Shown here: one piece after another, positions 48,783-63,024 of the stretch
Layout of the letters: every line of letters begins with the position of its first letter
Position numbering within the stretch: position 1 is the stretch's first letter
Assembly (NCBI RefSeq): GCF_902713615.1
Contig: NC_052165.1
Span: 38,690,897 to 38,754,896 of the forward strand
Reading direction: 5' to 3'
Source of the DNA: Scyliorhinus canicula
Lineage: Eukaryota
DNA length: 64,000 nt
Position numbers and translations under genes: made by a program
Notes under the pieces: generated by a model
Database searches by the model: none
Told to the model about the DNA's origin: nothing
What the model saw: the letters and a program-made list of their open reading frames with translations, nothing else

Positions 48783-50523
48783 GATGACGCTGATCTCCAT
48801 GGCTGGAGGTGACAGTCTCTTCTGTTCTCTGTCCACGAATTAACCAAAGTGTTAGGTCAAAGACAGCTTTAGTCCACCACAAGAAGTTCTTTCCTATCTG
48901 AAGTAATTGTTCCTTCATGAGAGACTGTTTCTGGATCACTTAGTCAATTGTCCATTAGTAGTGGCAGATTTGAAGGCATTAGAGAAGGCCAAGGAATCCA
49001 GTAACAGGTTTTTTACCTCTCCTTTCAGGCTTCCTGTGTCTTGAATTGTAACATGCATCCAAAATTCAAGACAAACTCAGGTACTCAGTCCCCAACAGAA
49101 TCCTATTTCTTCAAAAACAGAAAATAAGGACACCAAACCCTATGATTGCTTCAGATATGGGAAGCATATTTTACTTCTCCCAGCTTGTTTACTTAGCTTG
49201 TTTACTTTTCACGCTGTAACCTCCTCTAAGCTCGGTAGAAGCACAGTTTGAACAGACCAAACCCCACACATACAAACACCTTTGTCTAGCAAGAATCTAA
49301 CCAGAGTTTTACTCCTCTTACACAGAACCACTAAATTAAACCCACTTAAATGTAAACCTTATTTATAATATTTAACAATGCAAACTTAAAATTACCTCTG
49401 TTTTCCTGACACAGGGTATTGTTGGTCCTAATAAATGCATCTGTGACCTTGATGGAACTTTAACAGGTCAAACTTAGGTCTCAGTGCCATTGTGCCAACT
49501 TATCAATAATAATTTGGTAATGTGGTAACAACAACCAGGTGCACACCACTCTATACTCACAAAATTGCTGCTGTCTTAGCAACCCATGGATAGTGCAGGA
49601 TTTCTTTATAATGTCAACACTAATTTCCAGACTTGCAGTTTATGCTAAGGCTACATTTTTCTTATTCATGTACTTGTTCACTGATATCACTAACATCATT
49701 TAGCATTAAAACTGAAATTATAGGCAGTTCCCATCTTCTCAGGGCAACTTGAAATGCATGAACATACGAGAGTTCCCACTTGTGAAAGGATGCAGAACAA
49801 GAGAGTAGAAATTACAGATCCTCCATCAAATTTTTGTTTCAAGTCATATTTCATTCTGTTTAGGAACATAGAAACCAAAGTTGATCACTTCATGTCCAGA
49901 GCCAGTTCAGCTATTCAGTTAGGCTTGTCTGTATCTTAGCTCGCTCCACTGCGGCACGGTAGCACAGTGATGTCATGCGAGAGTGCCTTTAAGAAATTGG
50001 TGTTTATAACTGTAGTGATATCAGAGAGTGGTGGAGCTGGGCTGTCTGTCAGCTTTTTACTTTCGTTTTGCTGCAGGGTGTGTTTTAGTTTCATTTTCAG
50101 AGCTGGATAGCTGCAGTCACAGCCAAGTGTATGAATCTCTCTCTGTAATCTAAAGACTGTAAATCGATCCTGGTGAATTAAAATTAATAACAGTAGTGAC
50201 TTTAAGCTGATGTGCTTCTGGTAAACGGTGTTCTAAGTCGTATGGATGTTAAAAGGAAAGCTTAAAGGATGTCTTACTGTGTAGTCTTTGCAGGTTGTAT
50301 TTGAATTAATGGTTGCTAAGATGTTCACTGTATGTTTTAAAAAGGTTAACTTGAGTTCATAGAATAAACATTGTTTTGCTTTAAAAAGTACTTTTCCATT
50401 TCTGCTCTATCACACCTGTAGAGTGGGCCGTGTGCTCCCCATACCACAATCTATTAAAAGTTGTGGGTCAGGTGAACTCCATGATACACTTTGGGGTTCT
50501 CTAAACCCTGGCCCATAACAAAT

Positions 50524-50541
50524 TGGGGACTCGTCCGGGAT
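50524..50541 (+). promoter_or_regulatory. Primer binding site, tRNA-Pro type
   Basis: TGGGGACTCGTCCGGGAT, 17/18 to the canonical tRNA-Pro PBS TGGGGGCTCGTCCGGGAT, 3 nt after the LTR. Confidence 0.85.
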
Positions 50542-50614
50542 AAAAGTTTATCTTTTGGATTGGCTTAATGAACTTAAAGCCAGTGAGGGGTGAGCATATT
50601 GTGGGTGCTTTTCA

Positions 50615-53600
50615 AAGAACAAATAAAATTACAGCACAGGAACAGGCCCTTCAGCCCTCCCAGCTTGCGCTGATCCAGATCCTTTATCTAAACCTGTTGC
50701 CTATTTTCCAAGGATCTACTTCTCTCTGTTTCCCGCCCGTTCATATATCTGTCCAGATGCATCTTAAATGATGCTATCGTGCCCGCCTCTACCACCTCCG
50801 CTGACAAAGCGTTCCAGGCACCCACCACCCTCTGCGTAAAAAACTTTCCACGCACATCTCCCTTAAACTTTCCCCCCTCACCCCTTGAAATCGTGACCCC
50901 TTGTAATTGACACCCCCACTCTTGGAAAAAGCTTGTCGCTATCCACCCTGTCCATACCTCTCATAATTTTGTAGACCTCAATCAGGTCCCCTCTCAACCT
51001 CCGTCTTTCCAAAGAAAACAATCCTAATCTACTCAACCTTTCTTCATAGCTAGCACCCTCCATACCAGGCAACATCCTGGTGAACCTCCTCTGCACCCTC
51101 TCTAAAGCATCCACATCCTTCTGGTAATGTGGCGACCAGAACTGCACGCAGTATTCCAAATGTGGCCTAACCAAAGTCCTATACAACTGTAACATGACCT
51201 GCTGACTCTTGTACTCAATACGCTGTCCGATGAAGGCAAGCATGCTGTATGCCTTCTTGACCACTCTATCGACCTGCGTTGCCACCTTCAGGGTACAATA
51301 CACTTGAATTCCCAGATCTCTCTGTACATCAATTTTCCCCAGGAATCTTCCATTAACCATATAGTCCGCTCTTGAATTAGATCTTCCAAAATGCATCACC
51401 TCGCATTTGCCTAGATTGAACTCCATCTGCCATTTCTCTGCCCAACTCTCCAATCTATCTATATTTTGCTGTATTCTCTGACAGTCCTCCTCGCTATCTG
51501 CAACTTCACCAATCTTAGTGTCATCTGCAAACTTGCTAATCAGACCACCTATACCTTCCTCCAGATCATTTATGTATATCACAAACACCAGTGATCCGAG
51601 CACAGATCCCTGTGGAACACCACTAGTCACCTTTCTCCATTTTGAGACACTCCCTTCCACCACTACTCTCTGTCTCCTGTTGCCGAGCCAGTTCTTTATC
51701 CATCTAGCTAGTACACCCTGAACCCCATACGACTTCACTTTTTCCATCAACCTGCCATGGGAAACTTTATCAAATGCCTTACTGAAGTCCATGTATATGA
51801 CATCTACAGCCCTTCCCTCATCAATTAACTTTGTCACTTCCTCAAAGAATTCTATTAAGTTTGTAAGACATGACCTTCCTTGCACAAAACCATGCTGCTT
51901 ATCACTGATAAGTCTATTTATTCCAAATGTGAATAGATCCTATCCCTCAGTATCTTCTCCAACAGTTTGCCTACCACTGACGTCAAGCTCACAGGTCTAT
52001 AATTCCCTGGATTATCCCTGCTACCCTTCTTAAACAAAGGAACAACATTAGCAATTCTCCAGTCCTCTGGGACCTCACCCATGCTCAAGGATGCTGCAAA
52101 GATATCTGTTAAGGCCCCTGCTATTTCGTCCCTCGCTTCCCTCAGTAACCTGGGATAGATCCCATCCGGTCCTGGGGACTTGTCCACCTTAATGCCTTTT
52201 AGAATACCCAAAACCTCCCCTTTCCTTATGCCGACAAGACCTAGAGTATTTAAACATCCATCCCTAGCCTCAACCTCCGTCATGTCCCTCTCCTTGGTGA
52301 ATACCGATGCAAAGTACTCATTAAGAATCTCACTAATTTCCTCTGATTCCACGCATAAATTCCCTATTTAGTCTTTGAATGGGCCAATCCTTTCTCTAGT
52401 TACCCTCTTGCTCCTTATATATGAATAAAAGGCTTTGGGATTTTCCTTAACCCTGTTAGCCAAAGATATTTCATGACCCCTTTTAGCCCTCTTTATTGCG
52501 CGTTTGAGATTTGTCCTACTTTCCAGATATTCCTCCAAAGCTTCATCAGTTTTGAGTCGCCTCGATCCTATGTATGCTTCCTTTTTTATCTTAGCTAGTC
52601 TCACAATTCCACCCGTCATCCATGGATCCCTAATCTTGCCATTTCTATCTCTCATTTTCACAGGGACATGTCTGTCCTGCACTCTAATCAACCTTTCCTT
52701 AAAAGACTCCCACATTTCAAATGTGGATTTACCCTTAAACAGCTGCTCCCAATCCACATTCCCGAGCTCCTGCCAAATTATGTTATACTTGGCCTTTCCC
52801 CAATTTAGCACTCTTCCTTTAGGACCACTCTCGTCTTTGTCCATGCGTATTCTAAAACTTACGGAATTGTGATCGCTATTCCCAAAGTAATCACTGACTG
52901 AAACTTCAACCACCTGGCCGGGATCATTCCCCAATACCAGGTCCAGTATGGCCCCTTCCCGAGTTGGACTATTTACATACTGCTCTAAAAAACTCTCCTG
53001 GATGCTCCTTACAAATTCTGCTCCATCTACGTCTCCAACACTACATGAGTCCCATTCAATGTTGGGGAAGTTAAAATCTCCCATCACAACCACCCTATTG
53101 CTCCTACATTGTTCTATAATCTGTCTACATACTTGTACCTCTACTTCACGCTCACTTTGGGAGGCCTATAGTAAAGTCCCAAGAATGTTACTGCACCCTT
53201 CCTATTTCTTAGCTCTATCCATATTACCTCAGTGCTCGAATCCTCCATCGTGCCCTCCTTAATCACAGCTGTGATATCATCTCTAACCAATAATGCAACT
53301 CCTCCGCCCCTTTTACCTCCCTCTCTATCCCCCCTGAAGCATCTATACCCTGGGATATTTAGTTGCCAGTCTTGCCCATCCCTCAACCAAGTCTCAGTAA
53401 TACCAATAACATCATTTTCCCAGGTACTAATCCAAGCCCTAAGTTCATCTGCCTTGCCTGCTACACTTCTCGCATTAAAACAAATGCACTTCAGACCACC
53501 TGTCCCTTTGCGATCATCATCTCTTCCCTGTCTACTCTTCCCCTTAGTCACATTGAGTTTATTTTCTAGTACCTTACTGGCTTTAGTTGCTCCATCTTTA

Positions 53601-54311
53601 CTGACCTCTAACTTCCTAATCTGGTTCCCATCCCCCTGCCACATTAGTTTAAAACCTCCCCAACAGTGTTAGCAAAAGCACCCCCTCAGATATTGGTTCC
53701 AGTCCTGCCCAGGTGTAGACCATCCGATTTGTAATGGTCCCACCACCCCCAGAACCGGTTCCAATGTCCCAAAAATCTGAACCCCCCTCCCTCCTGCACC
53801 ATCTCTCAAGCCACGTATTCATTCTGACTATTCTTGAATTTCTACTCTGACTGTCTCGTTGCACTGGTAGCAATCCTAAGATTACTACCTTTGAGGTCCT
53901 ACTTTTTAACTTATCTCCTAAATCCCTCAATTCTGATTATAGGATCTCATCCCATTTTTTACCTATATCATTGGTGCCTTTTTGCACCACGACAACTGGC
54001 TGTATGGTGTCCAGCAGCTGATCTGAGACATCCCTGACCCGTGCACCCTGGAGGCAACATACCATTCGGGAGTATCGTTTTCGACCACAGAAACGCCTGT
54101 CTACTCCCCTTATGACTGAATCCCCTATGACTATAGCCCTGCCAGTCTTTTTCCCACCCTTCTGTACAGCAGAACCAGCCACGGTGCCATGAGCCTGGCT
54201 GCTACTGCCTTCCCCTGGTGAGTCATCTCCCCCAACAGCATCCAAACGGTATACCTGTTTTGGAGGGAGATGACCGCAGGGGACACCTGCACTGCCTTCC
54301 TGCTCTTTCAC
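50615..54311 (-). mobile_element. Near-full-length CR1 (HER1-like) LINE with SGNH-esterase ORF1 and EN-RT ORF2, nested in the Gypsy leader
   Basis: GDSVIRG (ORF1), GITETW/GDFNFP/ILDLVL (EN), SKFADDTK (RT); imperfect TSD tgcttttca and tgcctttca. Confidence 0.92.
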
Positions 54312-57300
54312 TGCCTTTCAGGTGTGGTATTTTAGTTAAGTAGGCAGTGTGTTGCGGACAATGGATCTTTCAGAGGCTCTGAAGTTTTTGGGGGTGGAGA
54401 TGGTCACACAGACAGAGACTAAAAGCAAGACTGTTAGATTAGGCAAAAACACTGCAGTTACCATTACCTGACAAAATGCGAACAAATGAGGTCATTATGG
54501 CAGTGGCTGAGCATTTAAAATGACCTGAGATGCAGTTTGACTGATTGGAAATGGCAAAAATCCAGTTACAAATTAAACAAATGGAACATGAGAAAGAATT
54601 AAAGCAACTTGAATACAAAAGAGAGAGGAAAGAGAAAGAGAGAGACAGAGAAAAAGGAGAGAGAAGAAAGGAGAAAAGAAAAAATAGCCCTAGCAGAACA
54701 AAAAGTGAAAGGGAGATACAGATCAGGGGAAAAGATGAAGAGAGAGAGTTTGAACTTCAGAAAATGGCCATGAAACATGACAGTCAGTTAAAATTGGCAG
54801 ACGTAAAGGGAAACGTACAGTTGGTGGATAGTGACGAGGATAGTGAGAAAGAGCGTCATAGTCGAAGGCTTGGTGGGAATCTATTTAAATATGTCCAAGC
54901 ATTGCCAAGATTTGACGAGAAGGAGGTGGAAGCCTTTATCATTTCATTTGAGAAGGTGGCTAAACAAATGAAATGGCCACAGGACATGTGGGTATTACTG
55001 ATTCAAACAAAGCTGGTAGGTAGGGCTAGTGAAGTGTTTGCATCACTACCGGAGGAGGTTTCAGGGACGTATGAGGAGATGAAAAAATCCATCTTAGGTG
55101 CACATGAGCTGGTGCCTGAAGCCAACAGACAACGGTTTAGAAATTTGAGGAAAGAATTTGGTCAAACATACATGGAGTTTGAAAGGATCAGAGTAATTTT
55201 GATAAGTGGATAAGGGCTTTGAAAATAGACCAAACGTATGAAGCTCTCAGAGAAATTATACTTTTGGAGGAGTTTAAAAACTCAATTCCTGATGTAGTGA
55301 GAACTCATGTGTAAGAACAGAGGATTAAAGCTGCAAGATTAGCAGCAGAAATGGCAGATGATTATGAATTAGTTCATAAATCAAAGCTTGGTTTCCGACA
55401 TCAGTTTCAGCCTGTGAGGGATTGAAACTGGGGACATGAGAAATACTCAAGTGGTAAAGGTGATCTTAAAATTGGAGATAATAAGGAGAGTATACCTAAG
55501 GTTAAAAAATAAATCCAGGGGGCTGGAAGAGAAATGAAAAGTTTCAAATGTTTTCACTGTCATAAACTAGGCCATGTAAAGTCACAGTGTTGGTGGTTGA
55601 AGAAAAGCACTGGGAAGGCTGATGTGGTAAAAAAGGATTAGACAGTGGGGTATGTTAAAGTGGTAAAGGAAAGCCCAAGTGAAGCGAAGGAGGTGCAAAA
55701 CATTGTACAGCCTGATCAAGAGGTGATTGATAAGAAGGTGCTAGAACTCTTTGAAGAATTTACTTGTGTGAGTAAAGTTTACTCATGTGTATCAGGAGGA
55801 GCAGGTAAAGAAGTCACAATTTTAAGAGATACGGGAGCTAGTCAATCTTTAATGGTAAGAGATGAGGAGTTATGTAGTTTGGGAAGAATGTTGCCAGAAA
55901 AGGTGGTAGTATGTGAAATTCAGGGTGAGAGGAGTAGCGTTCCATTATATAAGGTGAGATTGGAAAGTCAAATGAAGAGTGGTGAAGTGGTAGTAGGAGT
56001 AAGAGAGAAACTATCTTGTCCAGAATACAGTTTATCATGGGTAATGATACAGCTAGATCGCAGGTGGGAGTGATGCCTACTGTGGTTGATAAGCCAGGGG
56101 AAAATCAGACAACTGAATTGTTGAAGAATGAATATCCTGGGATTTTTCCGTATTGTGTAGTAACAAGGTCGCAAAGTCACAGGTTAAGACAAGAGGAGGA
56201 ATCAAAGAGTGAAGTTGAAGTGCAATTATCAGAAACGATTTTTGATCAGATAGTTGAAAAAGAACAGGTGAAGGATGAGGCGGATATTTTTAGTTCAGGA
56301 AAATTGGCAGAGTTACAACAAAAAGATATTGAAATAAAACGGATGTATCAGAAAACATACACGGAAGAGGAATCTGTGTGTATACCAGAGTGTTATTAAC
56401 GTAAAAGTGATGTACTGATGAGAAAATGGAAACCTTTACATATGCGGGCAGAAGTTTATCAAGTAGTATTGCCGGTAGGGTATAGAAAGGTGTTGAGAGT
56501 TGCACATGAGGTACCAGTGGGAGGTCATTTGGGGATAAGGAAAACTCAAGCTAAAATCCAGAAACATTTTTATTGGTCTGGACTACATAAAGATGTAGTT
56601 AAATTTTGTTAATCATGTCACACATGTCAAGTGATAGGGAAACCAAAAGCAGTGATTAAAACCAGTGCCCTCAATACCCATTCCAGCATTTGAGGAACCT
56701 TTTACAAGGGTCCTAATTGATTGCGTAGGACCGCTTCCTAAAACAAAAAGTGTGAATCAATATCTTCTGACAATAATGGATGTGTCTACTAGGTTTCCAG
56801 AGGCCATTCCAGTACTTCATATTACAGCTAAAAAGATTGTGGAGGAGTTACTTCAATTATTTACTAGATATGGACTACCCACAGAAATACAATCGGAACA
56901 AGGATCGAATTTTACCTCAAGGTTATTCAAAGAAGTTATGGATGGTTTAGGAATAAAAAAATTTAAATCAACTGCATACCATCTAGAATTGCAGGGAGCA
57001 ATAGAAAGGTGGCATCAGATATTAAAGACAATGTTAAGGGCTTATTGTCAAGATTATCTAGAGGATTGGGATAAAGGAATTCCATTCGTACTGTTTGCAA
57101 TTAGGGATGCACCTAATGAGTCAACCAAATTTAGTCCTTTTTGAACTAATTTTTGGTCATGAGGTAAGAGGACCACTTAAATTGATTAAGGAAAAATTGG
57201 TGAGTGAGAAATCGGAAATTACATTATTGGATTAAGTGTCAAATGTTAGGGAACAATTAAATAGAGCAGGTGAATTGGCTAGACAACATTTAAAAGTTGC

Positions 57301-59669
57301 ACAAAATGTGATGAAACGGGAAGCGGACAAGAAATCCAAAGTTTGCAGTTTTGCCAGTGGAGATAAAGTTTTAGTGTTGTTACCAGTGGTAGGTGAACCT
57401 TTAAAAGCTAGGTTTTGTGGACCGTATCAGATTGAAAGGAAATTAAGTGAAGTGAATTATGTGATAAAAACGCCAGATAGAATGAAAACTCACCGAGTGT
57501 GTCATGTGAATATGCTTAAAAGGTACTTTGAAAGGGAAGGAGAGGTTTTAATGATTCTAACTCAAAATGACGAACCAAATCCAGATGACTGTGAATTTGA
57601 CATACCTCAAATTAAATTGGAAAACGAGGATGTTAATAAAAATTGGGATAAATTGTTGAGAAACCTTCCAGAGGAAAAACAAATTGACCTGAAAGAGTTA
57701 TTGAAATCGTGGGCAAGTTTGTAGAGATAAATTGGGAAGTACTAAAATGGCTATACATGATGTAGATGTGGGAAATGCTGCTCCAATCAAACAACATCCA
57801 TAAATCCTTTACATCCAACAACCCTTTAAAATTGGCACAGGTTAACAAAGAGATTAAGAGTATGCTTAAAAATGGCATAATTGAAGTGGGTTGCAGCCAA
57901 TGGAGCTCACCCACAGTGATGGTACCTAAACCAGACGTTACCCAACGGTTGTGTGTGGACTATAGAAAGGTTAATACAGTTACAAGAACGGACTCTTATC
58001 CTATCCCATGTTTGGAGGGTTGCTTTGAGAAAGTGGGACAATCAACTTTTATTTCCAAATTGGATTTACTTAGCTACCTTTTCCCGAAAGGGTGAAGGAG
58101 ACTTCAGCTTTTGTGACTCCAGGTGGTATATACCAATTCAAAGTTATGCCATTTGGCATGAAAAACGCCCCAGCCACGTTTTAACGGTTAACTAACAATT
58201 GTTTCAGGATTACCCAATTGTGCGGTATACATCGACGATCTGGTAATTTTCAGCCAGACATGGACAGAACATTTGAAACATCTGATGGAATTATTCGATC
58301 GACTTCAGGAGGCAGGTTTGGTGATAAACCTAGCCAAAAGTGAATTTAGAAAAGCCCACGCCACTTTCCTTGGCCATACAAATGGACAGGGTTGAATGGT
58401 CACACGGGATGTGAAGACATCAGTTATTAGGGAGTTTCCGATTCCCTCAATGTGTGGAATCTGCATGTTCTCCCCGTGTCTCCGTGGGTTTCCTCTGGGT
58501 GCTCCGGTTTCCTCCCACAAGTCCCAAAAGATATGCTTGTTAGGTGAATTGAGCATTCTGAATTCTCCCTCACTGTACCGAATAGGCGCCCAAGTGCAGC
58601 AACTAGTGGATTTTCATTGCAGTGTTAATGTAAGCCTACCTGTGACACTAATAAAGATTATAACCATCTTAGTTCTATAACTCAATACCAGTGTTTAATT
58701 TCTATTAATCTGTTTTTAAATTTTCAAATTAAATGGCTTTAATAATAACTTGTGTTTGTATAGTAACTTTAACGTAACAAAATATCCCAAGTCTCTTCAA
58801 AAGAGAATTTTACACAAGCCACAAAAAGAAGATATTAGGGAAGATGACCAACAAGTTGGTTTTAACTAGGGATTAAAAGGAGAATAGAGAATCTGAGGGT
58901 TCTGGGGCACCAGAATATTACACAGATACAGAATGGGCAAGGTCATGGAAGGATGAGAATTTTAAAATCGGCCCACTGCTTAACTGAGAGCCAATGTAGG
59001 TCGGTGAGCACAGGAATAGTCAAGAGGTAATAAAGGTATGAATCAGAAATTCAGCAGCAGATGAATTAAAGCAGGGGCAGAGCTGAGATGTGTTGTGGAA
59101 GTGGAAATAAGCTATCTCGGTGATTGTGTAGTTATATGGTAGGTAGTTCATTGAGGTCAAGTTTATCTTTAACATTGCATCAGACCATTGCCAAAGTAGA
59201 TGGATGGATCAGTGCCAGGTGAACAGAGTTTGTGGTGGGGTTGAAGACAAAGTGGGGGATCCTCTGTCCCGGCAGCCAGCCAATGGGGTTTCCCATTGTG
59301 GACACCCCCCAAGCCATCAGGAAATCCATGGGCGTGAGTGCGCTGCCAGCGAATCAGAGGATCCTGCCGATGGAGAATCCCGTCCATTGTGTTACAGAAA
59401 GGAGGGTGATTGATTTAAACAGTGCTGCCTTCTCGTCTCACTATTTGTCTGCAGACAGAAAGGTCTTTTTGATTTCTGATTCCCCCTTTAGAAGTAATGG
59501 TGTATTTTCCCCAACCCTACGATAGGATAAAGCTAGAACCTGGCAATTGCAGTTCCACCCAGTTGGATGATGATGGAGAAGCATAGGAAGAGGAGGAGAT
59601 AGTTACGTGCATTAAAGGCAGCAAACAGGTTGAGGAGGATGGGAAAGGATAGCTAATCTTTGGCACAGT

Positions 59670-60485
59670 GGGCAGAATCTTCTCATATTTTTTTTCAAAG
59701 TGTCAGGTTCAGACTGATAACCGGCGTGAAGCTCTCCAGCTGCACAGACCAGTTTTCTCTCCAGATCTTGAGGCTCTCTGGGTAAGAAAAAAAGAGTGGG
59801 CGGGATTTACGCCATCACTCTGGTGGGGTGACCTGGCAAGGTCAGTTCACTTACTTCAACATACTCCGCAGCCATCGGGGCACCATCTTTAAAGCACTGA
59901 AGTGGAACCCGGCTCTCTTTCCCCCCCCCCCCCCAACCTCAGACAATCATCAGCGCCCCTCCCCACCACTGCGGAATTATTGCCAGTGTGTTCCCCCCCC
60001 CCACTGCCCCCTCTCCCGTGGCTGCACGTTCCCCCCTCACTATCCACTCTTCCCCCCCCCCCCCCCTCTTCCTCACATATAACTGGAACCCCCTCCCACT
60101 CCTGGAGCTCACCCCTGGCACTGCCTCACACGGATTCACATTGACAAATTGGCAGGGTGCCAACCTGGCAGTTCTAACTTGTGCCGGGGCAGTGTCTGGA
60201 CATGTTTCTCCCGCCGCCGCCTCCCCCCTGGGCCTATAATTACCTTTGCCCCCACCGAGGATCCTTTCGCCTGATTTGCGACTTTCAAAACCTGTTGTAA
60301 ACCTCGTCGGCAAGGTTTGAGTACTCAATGAACGGGGTGATGTGGGGTGGGTGCTGGCTACTGATATTAAAATTTATTGAAATCCATTGAAATGAGGTTC
60401 TCGCGTTTCCCAATTCGCTCTGGGTTTTTCTCCACATCGCCATTCTCTCTAACGATTAATGCAGGCTGAAAAGCCCCCCCCCCCC
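59670..60485. mobile_element. Possible non-autonomous DNA element (Harbinger-like ends)
   Basis: gggcagaat...aaaagccc ends and a GC-rich non-coding interior; family call by resemblance only. Confidence 0.35.
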
Positions 60486-61008
60486 AGTGACTTAGAGTGT
60501 ATACCTTTAAGATGTGCGCCATTTCAGTATTATGGCATGGGTATAAACCACAGTGGAGAAATTCAAGCATGACGTTTCAACAATGATGGGAACGGATTTG
60601 GGATGTAATAGAAAGCTTAATAACTTTGTAGAGAAAAGGAGATGGTCGATGGCACGGAGATTTGTAACAAATGTTGGGATAAAGGTTTTTTGTTTTGTAA
60701 AGGAATGATGATGGCAGATTTTAAGGAGAGGGACAATACCTGAAGAAAGGGAACTGTTGAACAATATCAGCTAACTTGGAAAGTAAAAAGTTAAATCTGG
60801 TCAGCAGTTGCCAAGGAAGTAAAAGGTGAATCTGATGCACAAAATGAGCTTGGAGAGGACGTGAGGGGAGATGAAACATGAGAAAACAATGCAAGTTCAG
60901 GGTTAGGCAGTATAGAGCTTTAGAGGAGGTTTGGCCCAGTGGAAGTGGGGGGCAAGCTGAGCAAAGGATCTCGGTGTTACTCGCAAAGAAGACCATGATC
61001 TCTCCACA

Positions 61009-62916
61009 TTTTTTTTCCAAGTATTTTTATTCAAATTTTAACATTTATACATTTAACATGCATAATATTACAAAGGAAAATAAATGCAACACCAGCCCTG
61101 AACCCAGTTCCCCTCCCCCCTTAGCAGTTGACAGTAACCAGCTCCCTGAAATGTAGTATAAACAAGCCCCATCTTTTATGAAACCCCTAACACATCCCTC
61201 TTAAAGTGAACTTCACCTTTTCTAAGTGCAAGAACTCAATTAAATCTCCCAGCCACACCGAGGCGCAGAGTGGAGAAGCTGACCTCCACCCCAACAGAAC
61301 CCGCCTGTGAGCGATCAGCGAGGCGAAGGCTAAAACATCTGCCCCCGCTTCCGCCTGCAACTCTTGACACCCCGAATATGGCCCCTAGGGGATTGGACTC
61401 TTAAGTCCGCATGCAAGATCGCTGACATGGTGCTGAAGAACGATCTCCAAAATTTCTCCAACTTCGGGCAGGACGAGAACATGTGTGCGTGATTTGCTGG
61501 ACCCTCCCACGCCGCTCACAAACATCCTCCACTCCCTCAAACAGCCGGCTCATCCTCGACTTTGTCAGGTGCGCTCTGTGTACTATCTTTAGCTGTATCA
61601 ACCCCAGCCTCGCACACGAGGTTGAGACATTCACCCTTTGCAGCACCTCACACAACCCCTCCTCCAATACCATCCACAGCTCCTCCTCCCACTTATTCTT
61701 CACCCCCTCCAGAGACGCTTTTTCCTCCTCCAAAATCCTCCCATAGATCGCCGAAATGACTCCCTCTCCAGCCCCATCACCAACAAAACCTCCCCCTCCA
61801 GCAATGAGGAGGGCGGTGTCACCAGAAAGGTCGGAAAAACCTTATTCGAAAAATCCGCATATATATCTGAAACTCTCCCCACGTGGGACCTCAAACATCT
61901 CCCCCAACTCCTCCAAACTTGCAAACCGCCCTTCTAAAAATAAGTTCTTCATCTCCATCACCCCTCGCTCCTCCCGAGGTCCTCCCAAAACCTTGCATCA
62001 ATCCTCCCTGGTTCAAACCTGTGGTTCCCTCAGATCAGAATCAACTTCGACTCCACTCCCAATCTAAAGTGCTGCCGAAATTGCCTGTATATTTTCAGCG
62101 TCACCACCACCACAGGACTCCCCAAGAACATTCCCTGGGAACGGGAGCGGCACCATTGCCAGCGCCTGCAAACCCGACCCTTTGCAAGAGCCTGTCTCCA
62201 TCCTCACCTACAAAGCTGCCGTCTCGCTGTTTTAAACTTCATTTTCTCCACGTTCGATGCCCAAGAATAGTACATAAGGTTGGGAAGGGTCAAGCCCCCT
62301 GACTGTCGCCCTCTCTGAAGTACCGACCTCCTATTCCTTGCCACCTTACATGCACACACAATCGACAAAATCAACCTATCCACCCCATAAAAGACGGATT
62401 TCGGCAAAAACACTGGCAAGCACAGAAATAAGAATTTTTAAAAGTGCCAAAATATCCATCTTAACCGTCTCCACCCAACCTGCCAATGATAGGGAAAGAC
62501 TGCCCTACCTCGACAGACTCTGTCCACCACACTAATAAAGTTAAACTTACAGAGCCGGGCCCAATCCCGAGCCACCTGCACTCCAAAATACCTAAAGTGG
62601 GTTGTTGTAACCCAAAATGGCAACCTCCCCACCCTGACCCGCCCATGGAGAAGACACTTTTCACAATTTTTCACTCAATTTTTCCCAAATTTAATTTATA
62701 GCCTGAAAACGCCTCAAATCTCCTAAACAATTCTATTATATCCCCCACTGAAGAGCCCGCGTTAGAGATAAACAGCAACAAATCATCAGCAAACAGGGAC
62801 ACCCTTTGCTACACCTCCGCCCCCGCATCCCCCTTCACTATCTCCCTCCATTTATCAGAGCACCTCAGCACTATAGCCAAGAGCTCTAAAACCAGCGCAA
62901 ACAGAAGGGGGGGGGA
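61009..62916 (-). mobile_element. Older, decayed L1 3' part
   Basis: STSCARLGLIQLKIVHRAH, GGLTLPNLMYYSWA, poly-T tail at left. Confidence 0.85.
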
Positions 62917-63024
62917 ATCTCCACATTTGTTGATTGAACCACGGAGAAGGTTTTAACATCGTTTGCAGCAAATATTCAATAAAGAAATTACATTTTTAAA
63001 AATCTGAGACACATCTCTGCCATC

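Larger units (their letters stand above)
49971..58450 (+). mobile_element. Gmr1-like Gypsy LTR retrotransposon, decayed and 3'-truncated (5' LTR 49971-50520; gag-PR-INT-RT)
   Basis: TGTCATG...CATAACA LTR; PBS; CCHC knuckle 55549-55590; LRDTGASQS protease; integrase 56418-57530; RT YIDD 58228-58239. Confidence 0.9.
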
